A DNA stretch of 21,894 nt, taken from NCBI GenBank assembly GCA_965369655.1, contig CBDUQR010000045.1, positions 1 through 21,894 on the forward strand, written 5' to 3'. A program made the position numbers and the translations under genes. Position 1 is the stretch's first letter. Every line of letters begins with the position of its first letter. The DNA is from an uncultured bacterium. GTDB taxonomy: Bacteria > Zixibacteria > MSB-5A5 > JAABVY01 > JAHJOQ01. The notes under the pieces were generated by a model. That model saw nothing but the letters and a program-made list of their open reading frames with translations. It was not told the DNA's origin and searched no databases. Positions 1 to 7,746 of the stretch are shown here, in pieces.

Positions 1-603
1 AAGTCTAGTTTTTTCTGCGCCCAAACGGAAAATATTTATGAGAAATGCTATAACGGTGTTATCAAACGGATCAGGAATATCGAAGCTAACCTGCCTTTTC
101 AACTTCAGGGGTTCGATTGTGACAACGGCTCTGAGTTCCTCAACCATCACCTGGTACGGTACTTCACCGACCACAAACCAAGAGTGAAGTTTACCAGATC
201 TCGACCATACAAGAAGAACGACAATGCCCATGTCGAACAAAAGAACTGGAGCCATGTCAGGCAATTGCTCGGGTACGACCGCTTAGACAATCCCGAACTG
301 GTCGATCTCATCAACAACCTCTACACCAACCAGTGGAGCCTGTTACAAAACCACTTCTGCCCAACACTGAAGCTCAAACAGAAACTGCGTATCAACAGCA
401 AATACAAGAAGAAATATGAAGCGCCCAGAACACCTTACCAAAGACTCATGGAGTCAACTCATCTCTCTGAAGAGCAGAAAGAGCAACTCAACACTTGCCA
501 TCGGAACCTTAATCCCTTTAAGTTGAAACGGACAATTGAAAGGAAACTGAAGGCAATATTCAAACTCGTCAGAGTAACACCTAATGTGAGGAAACGTATC
601 TGA
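1..603 (+). mobile_element. 3' part of an IS transposase (rve/DDE integrase core, IS481/ISNCY-like); 5' end missing
   Basis: Frame 1 is open from base 1 to TGA 601-603. It reads ...NLPFQLQGFDCDNGSEFLNHHL...FTRSRPYKKNDNAHVEQKNW...TPYQRL; DNGSEF and the later VEQKN fit the second D and the E of a DDE core. The track start at 184 is internal. Confidence 0.88.
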
Positions 604-617
604 CACGAATAAAAACC

Positions 618-644
618 CCGGTAACATCTTTCAATGAGGCAACG
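618..644 (+). mobile_element. Putative right end of the IS (CCGGTAACATCTTTCAATGAGGCAACG)
   Basis: Lies just after the transposase stop. TGAGGCAACG resembles termini I recall for this transposase family, and the next ORF looks like it resumes mid-protein right after it. The partner end is not in the window. Confidence 0.45.
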
Positions 645-1223
645 CGTGAGCCATCATCTATGGTCTCTTCACCTGAGCCAACTCTTGATAGGAAGATTCA
701 TGAGCGCATAGTGCAAATCATACATGACACATGCCTTGGATTCGAAAGACATCCTTCAACGTACGCGAATATGGATGAAGAGGCGCTGCGTGACGTGATT
801 CTTACAACCCTGCAACCTCATTTACCAGGTTCTGCGACAGGTGAGACATTCAACAAGTCGGGTAAGACTGACATACTACTGAGGCACCAGAACCATAACA
901 TTTTCGTTGCAGAATGTAAGATATGGCGTGGAAAGAAATCCTTTGTAAACGGTATAGACCAATTGCTGGGCTACCTCACTGTTCGTGATTCCAAGGTTGC
1001 GTTAATCTTCTTTGTAAGAAACAAGGCATTTTCATCTGTCTTGAAAGAGGCCCAAGCGGAGTTGAACGCACATAAGTGTTTTGTGAGCCTAAAACACGAA
1101 AGTCAGGACGGTGCATACTCGGAGGCGATTTTTCACTTGCCTGATGATGAGGATCGAAAAGTCCAGATGACTACTCTCTTTTGCCATTTAGGTGAGGCGG
1201 AGCACTCCCAAGGGCGGCGTTAA
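645..1223 (+). pseudogene. PD-(D/E)XK restriction-endonuclease-like protein, probably a C-terminal remnant (ATG at 660 could still give 187 aa)
   Basis: EEALRD...GETFNKSGKTDILL...IFVAECKIW...IDQLLGY fits an E...D...ExK nuclease motif. No Shine-Dalgarno precedes ATG 660, and the frame is open back into the putative IS end. Confidence 0.55.
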
Positions 1224-1233
1224 GCGGTTTGCA

Positions 1234-1875
1234 TCATCGGCACTGGAACACAGCTCTCACCATTCCGTGTCGCTCTGGTGGTTTGTTGCCGTGAGCGTGA
1301 AGTGGACCGAGGCCTTCCCAGTGGTGGATGACATCGTAGTTTTCGAACAGCTTCAGAATCTCGTCGTGCTCGATATATGTGTGAACGATGTCGTTCTCGT
1401 TCACGAACGAATTCCTACCGATCTGCTTCCCGTTCCTGAATCTCTCATACGATGGATCATCGATTGTCCATGCTGTCACGAAAACCAGCGCATCGTCGCC
1501 GCACCATTGCGAGACACGCTCGATCAGCCGTTCGATTTCATCCCATCTCAGTATCTGTATCAGGCCGAATAGCAGGACAGCAGAGTACGCGTTTTCCTCC
1601 GGCTCAAAATCCTCAAAGCCTGTGACGTATGCGCTGACAGGAATTCCTCGATCCTTTGCGATAGCATTTAGCTTTTTCACAGCTACTGGCGATGGATCGA
1701 TGGCATCGACGCGAATGTCTTGCTGCGCAAGGGATATTGCATTGCGACCTGTGCCTGAGCCGATGTCAAGCACAGGCCGATTCTTATCAATCAGACAATA
1801 ATAGTCTTTGAGAATTTCAACCGGCTCAACACCGAAATAGTCAGGGTCCTTGTCGTATAGCTCGTCGTATGTCAT
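1234..1875 (-). CDS. Class I SAM-dependent methyltransferase (TehB-like)
   Basis: VLDIGSGTGRN motif I, acidic motif II (AIDPS), 213 aa. Confidence 0.85.
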   Translation of the reverse strand: MTYDELYDKDPDYFGVEPVEILKDYYCLIDKNRPVLDIGSGTGRNAISLAQQDIRVDAIDPSPVAVKKLNAIAKDRGIPVSAYVTGFEDFEPEENAYSAVLLFGLIQILRWDEIERLIERVSQWCGDDALVFVTAWTIDDPSYERFRNGKQIGRNSFVNENDIVHTYIEHDEILKLFENYDVIHHWEGLGPLHAHGNKPPERHGMVRAVFQCR

Positions 1876-1905
1876 ACGGTCTGGTACACCGTCACTCGTT
1901 TCGAC
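1859..1905. repeat. Direct repeat copy A of the pyrC-stop/methyltransferase-start junction
   Basis: TCGTCGTATGTCATACGGTCTGGTACACC (1862-1890) matches 2061-2089 at 28/29, with gapped similarity continuing to 1905/2103. Confidence 0.92.
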
Positions 1906-1913
1906 TCAAGAAA

Positions 1914-2054
1914 GGCAGACCCTTCGAAGCTCAGGACTTGCGAGGACGTCTGCCGCCCACGATAGTAGGTCATGCCCACTTGGGGCATGACACCCTGGAA
2001 TTTCTCACGTCCCCCTTCGTCAAACTCAGGACAGAGCAAGTGGACGTGAGCTAC
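1914..2054. repeat. REP-like cluster: one GTGG-type hairpin (1914-1962) and an inverted GTAG-type pair (1965-1991, 2004-2054)
   Basis: GAGGACGTCTGCCGCCCACGA (1942-1962) is the reverse complement of 21756-21776. GTAG-GTCATGCCC-ACTTG-GGGCATGAC lies on plus and GTAG-CTCACGTCC-ACTTG-[24 nt]-GGACGTGAG on minus. Confidence 0.85.
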
Positions 2055-2057
2055 AAG

Positions 2058-2103
2058 AGTTCGTCGTATGTCATACAGTCTGGTACACCACTCGTCCATC
2101 GAC
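2058..2103. repeat. Direct repeat copy B (contains the real pyrC stop)
   Basis: Matches 1859-1905; see copy A. Confidence 0.92.
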
Positions 2104-3384
2104 AATGGTCATGATCGCGCGACCGGTAAGACGTTTGCCGTGGAACGGACTGTTGCGCGATTTCGATTTGAACTTGTTGACATTCACCTGCCATGTCATG
2201 TCGGGATCGATGATCGTGATGTCAGCCGGGAAGTTTTTCTTCAGGCGTCCCATCTTCAGATTCATGACCTTAGCCGGACTGTTCGCCATTCTTGCGACAA
2301 GGTCGGACCAGCTCAGGAACCCCAGTTTGACCAGGTTCCTGATCGCCAGGCCGAGCGATGTTTCGAGTCCGATGATGCCGTTGGGCGCGAGGTCGAACTC
2401 GACATCTTTTTCCTCGATCGAATGCGGAGCGTGGTCGGTGGCGATACAATCGATGGTGCCGTCCTGGAGACCCGCGATAACAGCCTCGACATCGGCCTTC
2501 GTCCGCAGCGGCGGATTCATCTTGAGATTCGTGTCGAACCGTTCTGCTATCATGCTGTCAGTGAGCGAGAAATGGTGCGGCGTCGCCTCGGCTGTCACCG
2601 AAACTCCCCTGCGTTTCGCGTCACGGATGAGTTCGACCGCACCCTTTGTGGAAACATGGGCTATGTGCAATCTCGCTCCGGCGTACCGAGCTAAGAGAAT
2701 ATCTCTCGCAATACAAATCTCTTCAGAAATACTCGGATTGCCTTTGATTCCGAGAGCGGTGGATGTGTAGCCCTCGTTCATGTGCGTGCCATTAGAGAGC
2801 GATGAATCTTCTGCGTGCGAGACGACCGCGATCTCGAACATACGCGTGTAATCGAGTGCGCGTTTCATTACCATTGCGCTGTCGACCGGCGAGCCATCGT
2901 CGGATATCGCGACCGCACCGGATGAAACCAGTTCGCCGATTTCCGCGAGCCGCTCACCCTTGCGTTCTTTCGTGATTGCGCCGATCGGGAATACTTTGAC
3001 AGGAGCGTCGGCTGCGCGATCGAGCACGAACTTCACGGTTTCCTGATTGTCGATCGGCGGAGTTGTGTTCGGCATACAGCATATCGCCGTGAATCCTCCT
3101 GCCGCTGCCGCCTCACAGCCGGTCACCACGGTTTCCTCGTCTTCACGCCCCGGCTCTCTGAGGTGGACATGAATATCGATCAGTCCCGGCGTTACGATAT
3201 GGCCGTCGGCCCAGACGTACTCTCCAGATTTATATTGCTTCAGGTCTTTCTTCTTGAGAAGCGACCCGGTCTCGATTGACTTGATCTTGCCGTTCTCGAT
3301 GTATATGTCAGCTTTGCAGTCGAGCTTCGACGCAGGATCGATAACCCTGCCGCCCGCTACAACCTTCAGTTCGGTATTACTCAT
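2071..3384 (-). CDS. pyrC: Dihydroorotase (type I)
   Basis: DIHVHLREPG, MPNT, SHAED, HIAHVS, KMNPPLR, TDHAPH and SRNSPF motifs; follows pyrB. Confidence 0.97.
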   Translation of the reverse strand: MSNTELKVVAGGRVIDPASKLDCKADIYIENGKIKSIETGSLLKKKDLKQYKSGEYVWADGHIVTPGLIDIHVHLREPGREDEETVVTGCEAAAAGGFTAICCMPNTTPPIDNQETVKFVLDRAADAPVKVFPIGAITKERKGERLAEIGELVSSGAVAISDDGSPVDSAMVMKRALDYTRMFEIAVVSHAEDSSLSNGTHMNEGYTSTALGIKGNPSISEEICIARDILLARYAGARLHIAHVSTKGAVELIRDAKRRGVSVTAEATPHHFSLTDSMIAERFDTNLKMNPPLRTKADVEAVIAGLQDGTIDCIATDHAPHSIEEKDVEFDLAPNGIIGLETSLGLAIRNLVKLGFLSWSDLVARMANSPAKVMNLKMGRLKKNFPADITIIDPDMTWQVNVNKFKSKSRNSPFHGKRLTGRAIMTIVDGRVVYQTV

Positions 3385-4312
3385 TTTCCTTGCTCCCTCC
3401 CTTGATTAGATAGAGCACCGCCATACGTACCGCCACACCATTTGTAACCTGATCGAGGATCACGGAATCGTCGGCGTCGGCGACCTCGGACGATATCTCG
3501 ACGCCACGATTCATCGGTCCGGGATGCAGTATGGTGTGGTTCCTGTTCAGGAGCGAGCGACGTTCGTGGGTTATGCCGAAGAGATTGGTGTACTCACGAA
3601 GCGAAGGAAGCAGTCCCGACTGCTGTCGTTCGAGTTGCAGTCGCAGCACGTTTACGACATCGGCGCCATCGAGAGCCTTGTTGATATCGTGGTAGACATC
3701 AACGCCCATCTTCTCCACCTCGATCGGCAGGAGAGTCGTCGGTCCGCAGACCGCAACCGATGCTCCCATCGTCTTGAGTCCCCAGATGTTTGATCGCGCG
3801 ACGCGCGAATGCAGGACGTCGCCCATTATCACAACACGCAGACCATCGAGTTTTCCATGCTTTCGCCTGATCGAGAGCATATCGAGCAGCGCCTGCGTCG
3901 GATGCTCGTGGCAGCCATCGCCCGCGTTTATGACCTGCGATGAAGAAAACTCGGTCAGGAATTGTGGCGCGCCGGAGCAATTGTGCCGCATCACGATCAT
4001 GTCGACTTTCATCGCCTCGATATTGCGGACCGTGTCCTTGAATGTCTCACCCTTGGAGACCGAAGATCCTGAGGAACTGAAATTGAGAAGGTCCGCCGAG
4101 AGGCGTTTCTCGGCCAGCTCGAATGAGAGTCGGGTCCTTGTCGACGGCTCATAGAACAGGTTGAGGACTGTGACGCCTCGGAGTGTCGGCACTTTTTTGA
4201 TCGGCCTGTCGAGGACCTCGCGGAAACTGTCGGCAGCGTCGAGTATGGCCTGAATGTCATCGCGTGAAACGCCTTCGAGGCCGAGCAGATGTTTGAGTCC
4301 AAATGCCATCAC
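3377..4312 (-). CDS. pyrB: Aspartate carbamoyltransferase catalytic subunit (start GTG 4312 or ATG 4309)
   Basis: FYEPSTRTRLSFE, HEHPTQALLD, RLQLER, HPGPMNRGVEI. Confidence 0.97.
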   Translation of the reverse strand: MMAFGLKHLLGLEGVSRDDIQAILDAADSFREVLDRPIKKVPTLRGVTVLNLFYEPSTRTRLSFELAEKRLSADLLNFSSSGSSVSKGETFKDTVRNIEAMKVDMIVMRHNCSGAPQFLTEFSSSQVINAGDGCHEHPTQALLDMLSIRRKHGKLDGLRVVIMGDVLHSRVARSNIWGLKTMGASVAVCGPTTLLPIEVEKMGVDVYHDINKALDGADVVNVLRLQLERQQSGLLPSLREYTNLFGITHERRSLLNRNHTILHPGPMNRGVEISSEVADADDSVILDQVTNGVAVRMAVLYLIKGGSKENE

Positions 4313-4905
4313 GCGCCTCGCTTTCCCTTTTTGGTTTTCGAGGCAGAGGCAGTTTTCGGCTTGCCTTGTACGTGGTGCAATTCGACCGAATCGACGCCGT
4401 CGATCTCCTGCAGCTTGACGACGACTTCATCGTCGGGCGATGTCGGGATGTTCTTGCCCACATAGTCAGCCTTGATGGGAAGTTCCCTGTGGCCGCGATC
4501 GACGAGTACCACGAGCTGGATCGCGCGAGGGCGTCCGAGGTCGGTGAGTTGATCGAGGGCTGCGCGGATCGTTCGTCCGGTGAACAGCACGTCATCGACA
4601 AGGACAACGACCTTGTCGTCGATTGGAAACATAATCTCAGTCTGGTAGACTTCGGGCTGCTCAAGGCGGGAGTGAACGTCATCCCTGTAGAACGTAATAT
4701 CCATGTAGCCGACCGGCAATTGTATGTCTTCGATCTCTCCGATGTTCCTTGCGACGCGGTCAGCGAGATGATCCCCGCGCTTGCGTATGCCGATTATCAC
4801 CAGATCGGATGCGCCCGTGTTTCGCTCGATGATTTCGTGAGATACGCGCATCAATGCGCGCTGAATCTTTTTCTCGTCGAGGAATTCAGTGACGTTGGCA
4901 GGCAA
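4309..4905 (-). CDS. pyrR: Pyrimidine operon attenuation protein / uracil phosphoribosyltransferase
   Basis: DITFYRDD, VDDVLFTGRTIRAAL, DRGHRELPIKADYVGKN; AAAGGAGGAG precedes the TTG start. Confidence 0.96.
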   Translation of the reverse strand: MPANVTEFLDEKKIQRALMRVSHEIIERNTGASDLVIIGIRKRGDHLADRVARNIGEIEDIQLPVGYMDITFYRDDVHSRLEQPEVYQTEIMFPIDDKVVVLVDDVLFTGRTIRAALDQLTDLGRPRAIQLVVLVDRGHRELPIKADYVGKNIPTSPDDEVVVKLQEIDGVDSVELHHVQGKPKTASASKTKKGKRGA

Positions 4906-4950
4906 AGCTCCTCCTTTCGCCGACAGACTGGAATGGGATGAAGGGGATAT

Positions 4951-4980
4951 AAAAGAACCTTCCGCGTGAGATGTGGAAGG
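4951..4980 (-). terminator. Attenuator terminator of the pyr leader
   Basis: Minus strand CCTTCCAC-ATCTCAC-GCGGAAGG followed by TTCTTTT. Confidence 0.8.
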
Positions 4981-5008
4981 CTGAATAAGTAAGCGTCATC
5001 GATATTCT

Positions 5009-5042
5009 CCTTTCCGGCCTCACCGGACCGGTCTTAAAGGTT
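5009..5042 (-). promoter_or_regulatory. PyrR-binding stem-loop (anti-antiterminator)
   Basis: Minus strand AACCTTTAAGACCGGTCCGGTGAGGCCGGAAAGG has the CUUUAA and GUCCnGnGAGGC elements. Its 3' arm GGAAAGG can alternatively pair with CCTTCC of the terminator. Confidence 0.9.
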
Positions 5043-5052
5043 GTCGGCCAGA

Positions 5053-5081
5053 AAACTAACTGCTCGAAGCTATGTTGTCAA
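5053..5081 (-). promoter_or_regulatory. Sigma70-type promoter of pyrRBC
   Basis: TTGACA (5081-5076), 17 bp, TAGTTT (5058-5053), directly upstream of the PyrR loop. Confidence 0.75.
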
Positions 5082-5153
5082 GGCATTACTCCTTAATCCC
5101 TCAGCTTCTGGCGGTATTATCGTGTGCGTCAGCTACTGAGAATCAACTCAAGA

Positions 5154-5256
5154 TGTTGTGACATTCAGAGAGTGTCAAATCATAATTGGTGCCTGTGACC
5201 AGCATATTCTCTAAGGAGTATGTGGACATGTATGATCCACAAAGAATGCCACAATA
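5154..5256. repeat. Degenerate inverted pair of hairpins
   Basis: TGTTGTGACATTC (5154-5166) matches the reverse complement of 5244-5256 at 11/13. Internal hairpins at 5159-5177 and 5221-5241. Confidence 0.4.
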
Positions 5257-5284
5257 TGAGACAGAATACGACGGTGATTCGACC

Positions 5285-5869
5285 TCAAAGCGAGGCGCCC
5301 AGATTCCGCGCCGTATGCAGAATCGATTCGTCGTTGCCAGCCGCTCCTGCCCCCCAGCTATCGTGACCATAGCAGATCGCATCGAGGAAATTAACGTCGG
5401 TCCAGACAAAGAAGCCCTTGAGCACTGTCAATGCGCAATCGAACTTCTGTCTGCTGCCACCGACAAGTACAATGATTCCGCGCCGCTTCTTCCACTTCTT
5501 ATCTTCGAGGATGAACTCGCCGTCGGGTGTTTTTTTCATCGGGCGGTAGCAATTGCAGCGATCTATGAAGAGCTTCGTCTGCGCAGAGACCGTGTCGAAA
5601 TAGACCGGCGACGCCACGACCACAGCATCGCATTGATTGAACTTCTCGTAGATCGGATAGAGATCGTCGTGATATATGCAGATATCGTCATCATCCCGTG
5701 ATCCGCAGGCCTGACAAGGAGTTATCGTCAGATCGTTCAGAATTACAGTCTCAGAGCTCCAGCCGTTATCAACCACTCCCTCGGTGATTCTTTCTGAGAT
5801 AATCTGTGTGCTCGAACCCTGCACCGGGGAGCCGTTGATGATTAGCAGCTTATTCGTGCTCGAATTCAT
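5285..5869 (-). CDS. Flavodoxin family / iron-sulfur flavoprotein (Isf)-like FMN reductase
   Basis: INGSP, CQAC...C, ASPVYF, KLFIDR motifs; overlaps the ABC-F stop by 20 nt. Confidence 0.88.
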   Translation of the reverse strand: MNSSTNKLLIINGSPVQGSSTQIISERITEGVVDNGWSSETVILNDLTITPCQACGSRDDDDICIYHDDLYPIYEKFNQCDAVVVASPVYFDTVSAQTKLFIDRCNCYRPMKKTPDGEFILEDKKWKKRRGIIVLVGGSRQKFDCALTVLKGFFVWTDVNFLDAICYGHDSWGAGAAGNDESILHTARNLGASL

Positions 5870-7739
5870 CGTATTCCTTCAGCAGGACTTCAAGACGCGC
5901 ATCGAGGTCTCTCTTACGCTGTTGAAGTTCGGCCAGCCTCTCCCAGTCAGAATGAATCGACTCGTCCAGCAGGAGCGCCTCGGTATCGGCTATCGATGTT
6001 TCGGTACTATGAATGTCATCTTCGAGTTTCTCGAATTGCTTCCGGACGCGTCGCTTGTCTTTCAGGGTCCGCCAATCCTCGATCCGCTGATCTCTGAGCT
6101 CAGCAGCTTCCCGGAGGTCTTCGACGGTCGCAACAGGCTGGTTCTGTCTCTCTCTCCATTCGGCGAATTCGTTGTAGCTTCCCTCAAATTCAGTAAGTCT
6201 GCCTTCTTCCAGCGACAGGATGCTCGTGACAGTTTTTTCGAGAAAGAAACGGTCATGCGAGACAACAAGCGCGGCGCCATCGTACTGAGCCAAAGCCTCT
6301 TCGAGTTTCTCGCAGGATTGAATATCGAGATGATTCGTCGGCTCATCGAGAATCAGGAAATTAGCGGGAAGAAGGAATATCTTCGCGAGCGCCAGCCTGC
6401 TTTTCTCACCGCCAGAGAGCGCCGAAACCTTTTTGAAAACATCCTCGCCAGAAAAAAGATACCCGCCGAGATAACTTCGCAGCTCCCCGGCTTCGGCATG
6501 AGGTTTTTCTTCCCAGACCGAATCGATCACAGTGTCGTCCTCGTCGATTATGGACAGATCCTGATCGAAATACGCCGGAGTGACATTCCCGCCGATCCGG
6601 ACCTCGCCGGAATCGGGATCGAGTTCCCCGGTGATGATTTTTACAAGCGTCGATTTGCCGCTGCCGTTAGGACCGATTAGCCCTACCTTCTGACCTCGCT
6701 CAATCTTGAACGACACGTCCGAGAAAACCTGTCTCCCGTGGAATGATCTGGAAACATCGCAGATTTCAAGGAGCTTCAGATGGCTTCGCCCGGACGATTC
6801 TATCTTGACAGATGCGGTTTGTTTTTCTTTGTCGGGCGAAGCGAGGCGTTTCAGTTTCGAGAGCATCCTGCGACGGGACTGGGCTAACTTTGTTTTCTGA
6901 CCCGCGATATTGCGCTGGATAAAATCCTTGATTCTTGTTATTTCCTCGGTCTGCCTCTCGTACGCTTTGGACTGCTGCTCTTCCCTGAGCGACCGCTCAC
7001 GAGCATAGAAATCGAAATTGCCGGCATAGACTTCGATGTGGTCAGGTTTGAGGTCAAACGTCCTGCCCGTTGTCCTGTTCAGGAAAACGCGGTCGTGCGA
7101 TACAATCATGGCTGCGGCATCGAGTTCGCTCATATAATCTTCGAGCCATTCGGTCGATCCGATATCGAGATGATTGGTCGGTTCATCCAGAAGGAGCAGG
7201 TCAGGATTCGACAGGAGCAGCTTGGCCAGATAAGCACGACTCTTCTCGCCACCTGAAAAGAGCGACAATGGTTTGTGGAACTCCTCGGTGAGGAACCCCA
7301 ATCCGGTCAGGACATCCTCTATTCGTGACGGATACGTAAAGCCGCCCTCGCGTTCGAATCGCTCCTGCAGGGTGCCATATTCCGTCATAGCCACCTTGTC
7401 CGCCTTGCCTCTTGAAATCTCTTCCTCGAGTTCGGCGATTCGAACCTGCATCTCGATCAAATCGCTGAAAGCCTCGTTCACCTCATCCAGGAGAGTCCAG
7501 CCTCTGTCGAGCCTCACTTCCTGCGGGAGATAACCGATTCTGATTCCCTTTGCCCGGCTGATCTCACCGCTGTCGGCAGAGAGTTCCCCGAGCAGGAGAC
7601 GAAAGACTGTCGTCTTGCCGACACCATTTCGCCCGACAAGGGCGATCTTCTCGCCCGCCTTGATTTGCAGGCTGATATCCTCGAAAACGAGATCGCCCGC
7701 GAAAGACTTCGAGACCTTGTGCAGCGACGATATTATCAT
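5850..7739 (-). CDS. ABC-F family ATPase (likely start ATG 7739, not 7784)
   Basis: Two ABC domains (GRNGVGKT/FSGGE/LDEPTNHLD and GPNGSGKS/LSGGE/LDEPTNHLD), helical linker, coiled-coil C-terminus, no transmembrane segments. Confidence 0.93.
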   Translation of the reverse strand: MIISSLHKVSKSFAGDLVFEDISLQIKAGEKIALVGRNGVGKTTVFRLLLGELSADSGEISRAKGIRIGYLPQEVRLDRGWTLLDEVNEAFSDLIEMQVRIAELEEEISRGKADKVAMTEYGTLQERFEREGGFTYPSRIEDVLTGLGFLTEEFHKPLSLFSGGEKSRAYLAKLLLSNPDLLLLDEPTNHLDIGSTEWLEDYMSELDAAAMIVSHDRVFLNRTTGRTFDLKPDHIEVYAGNFDFYARERSLREEQQSKAYERQTEEITRIKDFIQRNIAGQKTKLAQSRRRMLSKLKRLASPDKEKQTASVKIESSGRSHLKLLEICDVSRSFHGRQVFSDVSFKIERGQKVGLIGPNGSGKSTLVKIITGELDPDSGEVRIGGNVTPAYFDQDLSIIDEDDTVIDSVWEEKPHAEAGELRSYLGGYLFSGEDVFKKVSALSGGEKSRLALAKIFLLPANFLILDEPTNHLDIQSCEKLEEALAQYDGAALVVSHDRFFLEKTVTSILSLEEGRLTEFEGSYNEFAEWRERQNQPVATVEDLREAAELRDQRIEDWRTLKDKRRVRKQFEKLEDDIHSTETSIADTEALLLDESIHSDWERLAELQQRKRDLDARLEVLLKEYDEFEHE

Positions 7740-7746
7740 GATACGG

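Noticed and set aside
1859-2103. CRISPR mini-array or prophage attL/attR
   Set aside because: Only two copies, the repeat is host coding sequence, the 150 bp between them is itself made of hairpin repeats, and no cas or site-specific integrase gene is present.
1872-2105. 77 aa ORF ending in VYQTV as a real gene
   Set aside because: It starts out of frame inside pyrC, crosses palindromic repeats, and its ending is explained by the duplication.
5784-6680. Long antisense ORFs (also 2068-2694, 4303-4941, 14263-14985, 16045-16743)
   Set aside because: They shadow well-supported genes and show no recognisable motifs.
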